Assembly (NCBI GenBank): GCA_018823885.1
Contig: JAHJHG010000006.1
Span: 10,752 to 74,751 of the forward strand
From: Patescibacteria group bacterium
GTDB lineage: Bacteria > Patescibacteriota > Microgenomatia > UBA8517
Direction: 5' to 3'
Length of the DNA stretch: 64,000 nt
Part shown: positions 49,614-58,369 of the stretch, one piece after another
How the letters are laid out: each line of letters opens with the position of its first letter
Numbering within the stretch: the first letter of the stretch is position 1
Position numbers and translations under genes: made by a program
The notes under the pieces: model-generated
Seen by the model: only the letters and a program-made list of their open reading frames with translations
The model's database searches: none
Told to the model about the DNA's origin: nothing

Positions 49614-49864
49614 AAAACTTGCCCAAAAGTATCTTTTCCCTGCTAATTGCCCTTCTTTTGGTTGCAGTTTTGCTTATCCTCCCCGATGCAGACGTCACCT
49701 TCAAAAAACAGCTTGATTTTCTTACTAAAAGTGACAATGCGGCCATTGCCTTTGGCTATTATCTTCTTCAAAAAATAATATCTGGCGCTTTAGTTATTTT
49801 TCTAACAATAACCATTTCTATTGCCGGTCATAGAACATATAAGAAATATAGAAGCGAAATTTGA
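49610..49864 (+). CDS. Small membrane protein
   Basis: Two hydrophobic segments; ATGA overlap with the upstream gene. Confidence 0.55.
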   Translation: MKNLPKSIFSLLIALLLVAVLLILPDADVTFKKQLDFLTKSDNAAIAFGYYLLQKIISGALVIFLTITISIAGHRTYKKYRSEI

Positions 49865-49866
49865 AG

Positions 49867-50616
49867 TTATTGACTTTGAAGGGCTACGTCTATTGCCTGC
49901 TTCATGGAATCAAAAGGAAGTGCTCCCGGTATAAGCCAAGCTTCACCTTTATCATTTAATATAATATTTCCAGGCGTTCCATTAACTCCTGCGGCCATTC
50001 CACCTTGATATTGGTTTTCAACCTTCTCATCGTTGTTACCAGCCTCAAGACAATTTGCAAATTCACTTGCGTCAAGACCAATATTTGCGGCCACTTTCTT
50101 AAGTCCGGCATCAGTAAGGTTCGTTGTTTGGTCTGCAAATACTCCACCTATAAAGGCCCAAAAACTTTCGTCTCCCCCTTTCTCTGCAGCGCACTCGGAC
50201 GCTATGGCAGCGGGACGGGCTCTATCATGAAATTCCAGAGGAAAATGCCTATACACCCAAGCAATATCGTCTCCATATTCATCTTTTAGCTGTTGCGCCG
50301 TGGCATGGAAAGTCGAACAATACGGACACTCAAGATCTGAGTATTCAATTAGAATAACCTTTGCGTCTTTGTTTCCTTTAATATGGTCTTCGTCGCTTAT
50401 GGGTACAATATTTTTTACCTGATCCTCTGTTAGTTTGCCATCTGCTGGGGGCGGCACAACATCGGCCGGCTGAGCAACACCCTCTACTTTTCCTCCCTCA
50501 AGAGTGCTCACTTTTTGCCAAAGAATCCCAACTGCAAAAGCAAGTATTACTGTCGCCACAAGAAGAATCGGGGTCAATTTTTCAAAGGTGCCTTCTTTGG
50601 TGGACTTTTCTGGCAT
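49867..50616 (-). CDS. DsbA/BdbD-family thiol-disulfide oxidoreductase
   Basis: TM anchor, EYSDLECPYC, RHFPL, GVNGTP. Confidence 0.92.
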   Translation of the reverse strand: MPEKSTKEGTFEKLTPILLVATVILAFAVGILWQKVSTLEGGKVEGVAQPADVVPPPADGKLTEDQVKNIVPISDEDHIKGNKDAKVILIEYSDLECPYCSTFHATAQQLKDEYGDDIAWVYRHFPLEFHDRARPAAIASECAAEKGGDESFWAFIGGVFADQTTNLTDAGLKKVAANIGLDASEFANCLEAGNNDEKVENQYQGGMAAGVNGTPGNIILNDKGEAWLIPGALPFDSMKQAIDVALQSQ

Positions 50617-50640
50617 ATGGAGATATTGCTCGAAAAAGCC

Positions 50641-51642
50641 CTATTTGTCAAGGGTTGTCTCTTGCTTCTTATTCCCCTGTTTTTCGTCCAAATACTTTAA
50701 GGCTTCCATCCCCGCCATACAACCAAAACCTGCGGCCGTTATCGCCTGACGGTAATGATAATCATGAACGTCACCAGCGACAAATACTCCATCTGTGCTG
50801 GTTTTAGTATGATCATTAACAACAATATAGCCTTTTTCATCAAGCTCGACCTTGCCTTTAAAAATAGCGGTTGAAGGGGTGTGCCCTACGGCTACAAAAA
50901 CTCCGTCTACTACCAGTTCGCTTTTTTCCCCTGTCTTGGTGTTTTCAAGAAGTATTTTTTCTAGTTTTTGTTCTCCAACAAACTCTTTTACTTGAGTATC
51001 CCAAATTACTTTAATTTTTTTATTATCTTTCACCTTTTTCTGCATGGCCGCCGAGGCCCTAAATTCTTCTCTCCTGTGGACAATGGTTATGGAATTTGAA
51101 TATTTCGTAAGAACCAAGGCTTCTTCCATTGCAGAATCCCCTCCTCCAATGACAGCCGTGTCTTTGTCTTTAAAAAATGGAGCATCACATGGAGCACAAG
51201 ATGAAACTCCTCTTCCACGCAATCTGTCTTCACCTGGTACTCCAAGCCATTTAGTCTCTGCTCCAGTGGCGATAATTACCGATTTTGCTAGGTATTTTGT
51301 TTCTCCAACTGTCAATTCAAAATATTCTTTACTAAAATCAACGGCCTCTACATTTTTCTCGATGAATTCCGCTCCAAACCTCTCACTTTGCTTCCTCATT
51401 TTTTGCATCAAATCAGGACCCTCAATTCCTTCATGAAAGCCTGGATAATTATCTACTTCTGTTGTTAGCATTAATTGACCACCCCACTTTTCTCCTCCTA
51501 ATATCAAAGTCGAAGCAGCTCCTCTTGTTGTGTAAATAGCGGCTGTCAATGAAGCGGGTCCGGAACCTATTACTGCGACATCCCAAGGTTCTGTGAAGTT
51601 TTTCGGTTTTTGTGCAAATTCAATCTTTTGCTTTTCATCCAT
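50641..51642 (-). CDS. trxB: Thioredoxin reductase
   Basis: IGSGPA, GGQL, CAPCD, GGGDSA, AGDV, RQAITAAG. Confidence 0.95.
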   Translation of the reverse strand: MDEKQKIEFAQKPKNFTEPWDVAVIGSGPASLTAAIYTTRGAASTLILGGEKWGGQLMLTTEVDNYPGFHEGIEGPDLMQKMRKQSERFGAEFIEKNVEAVDFSKEYFELTVGETKYLAKSVIIATGAETKWLGVPGEDRLRGRGVSSCAPCDAPFFKDKDTAVIGGGDSAMEEALVLTKYSNSITIVHRREEFRASAAMQKKVKDNKKIKVIWDTQVKEFVGEQKLEKILLENTKTGEKSELVVDGVFVAVGHTPSTAIFKGKVELDEKGYIVVNDHTKTSTDGVFVAGDVHDYHYRQAITAAGFGCMAGMEALKYLDEKQGNKKQETTLDK

Positions 51643-51710
51643 ACTAATATTTCTACAAAGCCAGGCAAGCCTAATGAATCATTAGGCTGCCTTCTTCTTT
51701 TTTAACAAAT

Positions 51711-51986
51711 TTATACTGCAGGAGGTGTTCCTGCTCCAGGTGTTCCTTTGTCCTCCTCTGTTATTGGCGCGGGGACTGTAGGTGCTGGCTCCGGAGTTAC
51801 TACTTCTGGTGTTTCTGATACAGGTTTGTCTATTGGCTCCGGAGTAACCGCTGGTTCCACTGGTTGATCCATCGGTACTACTGGAGGAGTTTGATCTCCA
51901 ACGGTAGGCTGATCAGTGCCTGTAGGTGTAGGAGTTGTTACTCCTGTGTCATCTGTTTTATCTTGTTTAGGATCCAAATTACTCAC
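51711..51986 (-). CDS. Pro/Thr-rich low-complexity protein
   Basis: GTG start after AAGGGG; PTP/TPEP repeats. Confidence 0.6.
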   Translation of the reverse strand: MSNLDPKQDKTDDTGVTTPTPTGTDQPTVGDQTPPVVPMDQPVEPAVTPEPIDKPVSETPEVVTPEPAPTVPAPITEEDKGTPGAGTPPAV

Positions 51987-51996
51987 CCCCTTCTAA

Positions 51997-52317
51997 TTAA
52001 ATACCTTTTTTAATAAGGTCTTCAAAAACTTTTTTTCCTGCAAATCCAATTTGACGTCCTATTTCGTTGCCGTCTTTAATAAGAACTGTTGTCGGAATAG
52101 ACATAACATCATAATCGGCAGCAGATTTTTGATTCTCATCTATATTGAGTTTAACAATCTGAATCTTACCTTCGTATTCCTCAGCAAGTTCATCTAATAC
52201 AGGACCAGCCATTCTGCAAGGACCGCACCAAGGAGCCCAAAAATCAACCAAAACAGGAATCGTCGATTTTAAGACCTTCTCATCAAAAACTGCATCTGTT
52301 ATTTCCATCGTTGCCAT
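51997..52317 (-). CDS. trxA: Thioredoxin
   Basis: VDFWAPWCGPC, SIPT; ATG at 52317 preferred. Confidence 0.95.
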   Translation of the reverse strand: MATMEITDAVFDEKVLKSTIPVLVDFWAPWCGPCRMAGPVLDELAEEYEGKIQIVKLNIDENQKSAADYDVMSIPTTVLIKDGNEIGRQIGFAGKKVFEDLIKKGI

Positions 52318-52392
52318 ACGGTTCTCACTATACCCAGCAAAACCACGCCCAGTCAATACGCAAAGCACACGGCTCTGCCAAGATTAAACTAC

Positions 52393-52926
52393 TTATAATA
52401 CGAAACTCAACAATAAAAGAACTAAAAACATTATTGACCAATAAACTTTTGCTTGATTTTCGCTTATTTCGAAATTATATCCCCCGGTCCAATTGTCCAT
52501 ATTGCCCGTTTCTACTAAATCTACTGCCTGATCAACCAAAAGGTGCAAGAAAAATGCTAAAACGACTCCTCTACTAAACAGGCTGCCTGAAGAAGTAACC
52601 ACCAAGAAAGCAAGAACAATAAAGACCAACTGGAAAAGGCCCGAATGAAATACCAATTTTGTTCTTTCGCTCCGAGTTTCGGCTAAAAGACGGAACGACT
52701 TTGAAAGATTTCTTTTCCCCATCATATAGCCCACTCTTTGCGAAGTAAGTTCGTGAGGTTTTAGAAAATATACATATATAAAATGATCTAAATCAGGCAG
52801 GATATTACCAAATATTCCCCCTATCCAAAGGGGCCAATAAGAAAGGCTCATCCAGCCCTTGGCAAGAGATATAAAGATAAAAAGGGAAATTAAGAACGAG
52901 TAATGTATGAAAATTTCTTTTTTCAT
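52393..52926 (-). CDS. Membrane metal-dependent hydrolase (YdjM-like)
   Basis: LPDLDH, FHS, HLLVD. Confidence 0.75.
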   Translation of the reverse strand: MKKEIFIHYSFLISLFIFISLAKGWMSLSYWPLWIGGIFGNILPDLDHFIYVYFLKPHELTSQRVGYMMGKRNLSKSFRLLAETRSERTKLVFHSGLFQLVFIVLAFLVVTSSGSLFSRGVVLAFFLHLLVDQAVDLVETGNMDNWTGGYNFEISENQAKVYWSIMFLVLLLLSFVL

Positions 52927-52954
52927 TACGGCAGTTTACTTAAGAATACTTTAG

Positions 52955-53230
52955 TTACCTCTCAATTTCAAAGCCTGTATGCTCCTTGGTCGCCTTTTTC
53001 CATTTAACTTCTACGTACTTAACCCCCGCGACGCTTGGTCCTATTTTGCATTTATTGATTATTTCTTCTATTTTATCTTTTGGCCCTTCAAAAACAGCCT
53101 CCACTCTACCGTCAGTAAGATTTTTTACCCAGCCGGTTAAACCTAATCTTTCAGCCTGAGTACGAACCCAAACGCGATAGAAAACACCTTGAACTTCCCC
53201 TTTGATAAATACGTGTGCGCTTGTGTTCAT
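52955..53230 (-). CDS. acyP: Acylphosphatase
   Basis: GEVQGVFYR, GWVKN..DGRVE. Confidence 0.93.
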   Translation of the reverse strand: MNTSAHVFIKGEVQGVFYRVWVRTQAERLGLTGWVKNLTDGRVEAVFEGPKDKIEEIINKCKIGPSVAGVKYVEVKWKKATKEHTGFEIER

Positions 53231-53259
53231 TTAACCATCTCTTTCTTTTTCTACTTTTC

Positions 53260-54237
53260 TCAGTCCGTAAACACCTGGACAAACATTTTGCCGTATATTC
53301 CATTATCAATAACTCCAATGCCAACTTTATTAAACTTAGGCTCTAAAATATTTTCTCTGTGCCCCTCTGAATTCATTAATCCTACGTGTGCCGATGACAC
53401 AGTCGGAGCTAGAGCTAAGTTCTCCCCCGCATAATCGTAATTAATTCCTGCTTCCGTCAATCTATCTCCAGCATCTTTTCCCTCAGGCGAAACATGGCCA
53501 AAATATTTTCTTTCCCACATGTCAGTGGCGTGCACCCTTGCTACCGAAACAATTTCTGTATCCCAGCTGAGCTTATTCAAACCGGCCGCCTCTCTTTCTT
53601 CATTCACCAATTTGAACATTTCCCCTTCAGACGCTTCATCAACTAGTAATTCTTGGGTGGCAACTTCAAGAGCAACTCTTTCCTTGCTTTCAGGCTTAAT
53701 GGTGAAATAAGTAAGAGAATCTTCTATTACTCCCCCAAATATTTCGTTTATCTTACTTTCAATTCCCGCTGTTTGTTCTAAGATGTACCCACCTATCTTT
53801 GACTCTGTCGTGCTTAGTTTAATCTTGGGCGAAACAGGAAGACCAAGAACAAGAGTTAAAATAAAGGCAACAATAATTAACCCTTCACCCAAGGCAGGTA
53901 AAATTGCCAATATTTTTTGACCTTTTATTTTTCTATATTTTTTAGGGAGCTTTGTAATCGCATGACCAAATAAATAACCCAACAACGCTTCTGTCAATAT
54001 CGCTGTTATTAAAAAACCTAAGGCATTTGAAGCTGATGGAGAGAGCGAAAAATTAGCTCGAAGCAATCCGGCTGTAAATTGATAGGCTCGGAAAGAAATG
54101 AGAATCGAGCCCAGAAAAGAAAAGAAATCTGCAAGTATTACCCAAAATCCATGTCTTACTCCTTCGGTTACAAAAAACAATATTATGGCGATTATGAGTA
54201 AATCAACCCAGTTCCCATTTAGGCTTAATATATTCAT
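53260..54237 (-). CDS. CvpA-family membrane domain fused to CAP/SCP domain
   Basis: NWVDLLI...G..HGF; VNEER, H..DM...YFGH, GENLA, LMNSEGHRENIL. Confidence 0.88.
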   Translation of the reverse strand: MNILSLNGNWVDLLIIAIILFFVTEGVRHGFWVILADFFSFLGSILISFRAYQFTAGLLRANFSLSPSASNALGFLITAILTEALLGYLFGHAITKLPKKYRKIKGQKILAILPALGEGLIIVAFILTLVLGLPVSPKIKLSTTESKIGGYILEQTAGIESKINEIFGGVIEDSLTYFTIKPESKERVALEVATQELLVDEASEGEMFKLVNEEREAAGLNKLSWDTEIVSVARVHATDMWERKYFGHVSPEGKDAGDRLTEAGINYDYAGENLALAPTVSSAHVGLMNSEGHRENILEPKFNKVGIGVIDNGIYGKMFVQVFTD

Positions 54238-54551
54238 TTTTGTTTCTTTGCTTCTGCTTCTTTTTTAAGTTGTTGTAATTTCCACATAAATAATCGTGGT
54301 TTACTTTTAACATTTGCCGCATCTTTAACAAAATTTTTTGCCACCTCCAATAATCCACGAGGGGTTTCTTTTGCCAGTTTTATATATAAAGATGTGTTTT
54401 TTAAGTCCCCCATTTCCTTAGCAAGCTCATAACCATATTTTTGAAACTCGTGAGAAATATATTTGTCCTCGTCAATCTTAAATCTTTTCAATACATCCCC
54501 AACTAATGAAAATTCTTTATTTTTGCCTCGTTTTTTTATATTTTTTGTCAT
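54234..54551 (-). CDS. Hypothetical basic protein
   Basis: Overlapping start/stop codons in the operon. Confidence 0.7.
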   Translation of the reverse strand: MTKNIKKRGKNKEFSLVGDVLKRFKIDEDKYISHEFQKYGYELAKEMGDLKNTSLYIKLAKETPRGLLEVAKNFVKDAANVKSKPRLFMWKLQQLKKEAEAKKQK

Positions 54552-55750
54552 TTGTCTTGAAGTTTTCTCTTATACACAGCAATCAATGGCAGCGTGCTCA
54601 AAACTGCGGCAATTATAAAACCTTCTTCCAATCTGCCACCATATAACATCCAGACAATAAGTAATATTAAAGACAACAGCCCACCTATTGTAATGGCTGT
54701 TTCTCTAAAAAGAATCGCTCTCGCGGACCCGCCTTCAACTCCTTTTTTATAAGTTAAGGTATTTAAAGGCAGTTCAACCATTCTTTGACCGAAATTCCAA
54801 ACACTGTCCGCTAAGATAAAGATTGGTAAAGATTTTTTAATAATCCTAATAATCCAAGAGAGTGTAACCAAAGGTACTCCGATAGAAATAATCTTTCTTT
54901 CCCCTTGTTTATCAACCCATCTCCCCAAAACTAAAGAGAAAATCGCTGCAAAAAATATTGATACCGACACTACTGCTCCCAGGCTGATGACCTGCCCAAA
55001 AAATCTAAACAGAAACACAGGCCAAATAACCATATAAAGAATAGTTTCAGCTGATGATCCAATATAGGCAAGTGAAATGGATTTATGGCTCTTTATCAAT
55101 GAAATCACCTCAGAAAACTTAATGTCTCTCCTTTGCCTTCTTTCGTGATCTTTCCCTAATAAAAGAAGGGCGATACCCATAAAAACTCCTGAGAATATAT
55201 ATAGAGAGTTAAAGCCCAAAAAACTGATAAGTAAGGCTCCCAGGAAAGGAGATAAAACAGCAACGATCGTTTCTAAAAACCTCGCTTCACCTATATTAAG
55301 ACCAAAATGATCACCATCCCCCTCCTTAATAAAATACCCGTGATATCCCCACCAGAAAAAGCCGACATGAATCCCCCAAAAAATTGCCGCTGGGATAAGT
55401 AAATACGGACACAGAGATGTAAAAACTAAACTTAAGATAAATATAACAAAAGGCACAAATGATGCCCAAATCATGCTCTTAAAACCAATCTTCTGGCTTA
55501 AATTTTCAGAAAAGGAAAGACTGATAGTCTTCGACAATATGGCAATTACGTAATACAAAAGGACAACAATAATCGCATAACGTGAGTCCAAACCATATTT
55601 TTGCCCAATTTCATAGATATATATTGGAGAAAAAATAGAAATAAGTGTAACGGCCACTCTTCGCGCCACACCACTTAAAAGAAGAGGCTTTAATTCATTT
55701 TTACGATAATTAAAAAAATTAAAGTTATTTGGAAGATGCCAAGTAAGCAT
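54548..55750 (-). CDS. MFS transporter
   Basis: About 12 TMs; GRWVDKQGER motif. Confidence 0.82.
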   Translation of the reverse strand: MLTWHLPNNFNFFNYRKNELKPLLLSGVARRVAVTLISIFSPIYIYEIGQKYGLDSRYAIIVVLLYYVIAILSKTISLSFSENLSQKIGFKSMIWASFVPFVIFILSLVFTSLCPYLLIPAAIFWGIHVGFFWWGYHGYFIKEGDGDHFGLNIGEARFLETIVAVLSPFLGALLISFLGFNSLYIFSGVFMGIALLLLGKDHERRQRRDIKFSEVISLIKSHKSISLAYIGSSAETILYMVIWPVFLFRFFGQVISLGAVVSVSIFFAAIFSLVLGRWVDKQGERKIISIGVPLVTLSWIIRIIKKSLPIFILADSVWNFGQRMVELPLNTLTYKKGVEGGSARAILFRETAITIGGLLSLILLIVWMLYGGRLEEGFIIAAVLSTLPLIAVYKRKLQDK

Positions 55751-56286
55751 TATTTGTTTTTAACCATTAACGATATAACTTCTCTATTTATTTTAACAAT
55801 CACGGGAGTAATAATTTTGACTTCTTCTTCTGTAAAATCTTGCAAAACATATGCTTCTCCGGAGATCTTGTTCTCCGCACTTCGGTTATCTACACCAATC
55901 CTTACCCTCCAAAAATCAGTTTTCCCTATTTTATCCTCAATTGACTTGATCCCTTTATGAAGTTTCGGACCTTTTCCTTTTTGAATTTTATAGTCTCCCA
56001 AAGCAATATCTAAATCATCGTGAATAACCCATAAGTCAGAGCTTTTTATTTTATACTGATCAATTAATTTCTTCACAGCTTCGCCTGATTGATTCATAAA
56101 AGTTTGAGGTTTGGCCAACATAAATAATCCTTCGTGTTTGATTATTAATGACTGAAATTTCTTAACCGAGGACCATTCTTCTTCAAACAGTTGGTTCGCC
56201 ATTTCATCAACAACTAAATAACCGCTGTTGTGGCGATTGTTTCTGTGTTTATCCCCCGGATTACCTAGGCCTACTATTAATTTCAT
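55750..56286 (-). CDS. pth: Peptidyl-tRNA hydrolase
   Basis: VGLGNPG, RHN, KPQTFMNQSG, HDDLD, HKG, RVRIGV. Confidence 0.95.
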   Translation of the reverse strand: MKLIVGLGNPGDKHRNNRHNSGYLVVDEMANQLFEEEWSSVKKFQSLIIKHEGLFMLAKPQTFMNQSGEAVKKLIDQYKIKSSDLWVIHDDLDIALGDYKIQKGKGPKLHKGIKSIEDKIGKTDFWRVRIGVDNRSAENKISGEAYVLQDFTEEEVKIITPVIVKINREVISLMVKNK

Positions 56287-56303
56287 CGGTTTAATTTTAG
56301 CAC

Positions 56304-56927
56304 TTACTTCCTTACGAAGGGAACGAAGTGAAAAATGCCATGTTCTTCTTTTTTAATTTTTCTATCTTCTCCTTTAAAAAACTTGGTCATCATCTTATCA
56401 CTTCCTTTACCTACGGGTGCGACAAGAACACCCCCCTCTTTTAATTGGTCAAATAATACTTGAGGTACTTCACCCTCTATCCCTGCTGTTACCAGGATTG
56501 CATCAAACGGCGCCTTCTCGAGCCACCCTACTCCCCCTGTCCCTGCTTTTGTATACACATTCTTAAAATTCAGTTTTGCTAATTTCTTTCGCGCTTTTCT
56601 GGCCAAATCCTCAATTATCTCTATCGTAAAAACTTCTTTAGCCAGAAGAGAAAGAATTGCTGCTTGATAACCAGAACCCGTTCCTATTTCAAGAACTCTT
56701 TCTTTGCCTTTAAGATTCAGCAAATCGGTCATAAAGGCGACTGTATACGGCTGAGACATTGTCTGGCCGTGTCCTATGGGTACAGGGCTATCCCCGTATG
56801 CAGAATGCCGATACTCTTTGGGGGAGAATTTATCACGAGGAACCTGAAGCATGGCAGAAAAAACACTGGGCGAGTCAAGGTCATACCTTGTCTTTATCTC
56901 CCAAACCATCTTCTCTCGGGGATTCAT
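56304..56927 (-). CDS. pcm: Protein-L-isoaspartate O-methyltransferase
   Basis: GQTMSQP, VLEIGTGSGYQAA, APFDAI, FVPF. Confidence 0.95.
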   Translation of the reverse strand: MNPREKMVWEIKTRYDLDSPSVFSAMLQVPRDKFSPKEYRHSAYGDSPVPIGHGQTMSQPYTVAFMTDLLNLKGKERVLEIGTGSGYQAAILSLLAKEVFTIEIIEDLARKARKKLAKLNFKNVYTKAGTGGVGWLEKAPFDAILVTAGIEGEVPQVLFDQLKEGGVLVAPVGKGSDKMMTKFFKGEDRKIKKEEHGIFHFVPFVRK

Positions 56928-56931
56928 TTTT

Positions 56932-57270
56932 CTATGCCTTCTCTGCTAATTGCTTTGCAAACTTTCCAAAGAGAGGGACTTCCCATTTTTCTCCTTGCCA
57001 AGCTTTATATATTAATAGGAGCCAAAGAACAAAAGAAACAATCCCGATTAGTGGTACTAATGGCAAAAGGAAAATAGTTAACCCTAATATAAACTGCAAA
57101 ATAAATAGTCCAATAAAGACCACTATCGATTGCATTGCGTGGAAACGGACATAGGCATCTTTCTCAATAACCAAGAAAATAACACCAGTAATTGGACCTA
57201 ATACATATGCCATCGCTCCAGCAGTATTTTTATTTAAACCTGTACCTGATTTTGTCGCCATCTCTATCAC
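56932..57270 (-). CDS. DUF4870-like membrane protein
   Basis: A.AY, VRFHAMQS, W..PLFG. Confidence 0.8.
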   Translation of the reverse strand: MIEMATKSGTGLNKNTAGAMAYVLGPITGVIFLVIEKDAYVRFHAMQSIVVFIGLFILQFILGLTIFLLPLVPLIGIVSFVLWLLLIYKAWQGEKWEVPLFGKFAKQLAEKA

Positions 57271-57397
57271 CCCCTCTTTTTATGAAACAAGTCTGTTTCT
57301 ATGATTTCAAAAGCAACAAGATTAGTCAAGGTCTGCAAAATATAAAAATATCTCCTGGGGATCATTACGCTACAAACTAATATCTAAATAATGATTC

Positions 57398-58369
57398 TCA
57401 AACAAAGGTGGCAAGAAGAAAAAGGAGATAAAGAAGGAGGAGAATGCCAGCTTCCCACCTGTCCAGCCTGTGCTTGCTCCTTATAAAATACCAAAAAGTA
57501 ATAAAGATTAATAAGAAAGCTCCTACGGCAATCATATACTCGCTTCCCGAAACTACCTTAATGGGGTAAATAACCGCAGCAATGCCGATTACAAGGGTTG
57601 AGTTGGCAATAATCGAGCCCAGCAAGTTTCCAAAAAACATGGATGGCTGGCGATCTTCTAAGGAGCGCAGAGAAAACGCAAGCTCAGGTAAAGATGTCCC
57701 GGCTGCGATAAGAATAAGTCCAATAACAAACACCTCGACTCCTGCGGCCACGGCCAACTGAGTTGACAGTTTCACAATCACGTCTGCAGAAAAAAGAAGA
57801 ACTGCAATTCCAACAAAAAGTTTGCCAAATTCCTTTGTTCTTGCTCCATTAATATGATTTACTTTCCTCAAGAAACGGTAATAAAAACTTTCTTTTTTAT
57901 GCTCCTCTGCGATTTCAAGAAAACGTCCTTTAAAGAAACCTGTAGCATAAGCTCCATACATAGCCAGTAGAACAAGGCCATCTACGCGACTGAGTTCTCC
58001 GTCCAAAACCAAAGCAAGGGGCATAATTCCGGCAACTAAGGCTATTAATGCATCGCGCTTCAGAAAATCTCCATGAACATTTACTTTGCCAACAATGAAA
58101 GCAGTTAGTCCCGCAACTAAAGAAATGTTAGCAATATTCGAACCAACAATTACACCCAAGGTGATACTTGGCGTTTTTTCAATTGCTGAAGTTATAGAAA
58201 CGAAGAGTTCGGGAAAAGAAGTGCCTACGGCCAGGATAATTGCCGAAAGAGCAAAAAGGCCGGTTTTTGTCTGTTTGGCTATCCTTCTTAAGGCAACAAT
58301 TGCCATATCGGCGGATTTAACAAGAATAAACGAAAATAGAATTAGTAATAGTATTAACCCTGGAACCAT
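57398..58369 (-). CDS. Na+/Ca2+ exchanger (CaCA, YrbG-like)
   Basis: Two alpha repeats GTSFPE...GSNIAN and GTSLPE...GSIIAN. Confidence 0.92.
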   Translation of the reverse strand: MVPGLILLLILFSFILVKSADMAIVALRRIAKQTKTGLFALSAIILAVGTSFPELFVSITSAIEKTPSITLGVIVGSNIANISLVAGLTAFIVGKVNVHGDFLKRDALIALVAGIMPLALVLDGELSRVDGLVLLAMYGAYATGFFKGRFLEIAEEHKKESFYYRFLRKVNHINGARTKEFGKLFVGIAVLLFSADVIVKLSTQLAVAAGVEVFVIGLILIAAGTSLPELAFSLRSLEDRQPSMFFGNLLGSIIANSTLVIGIAAVIYPIKVVSGSEYMIAVGAFLLIFITFWYFIRSKHRLDRWEAGILLLLYLLFLLATFV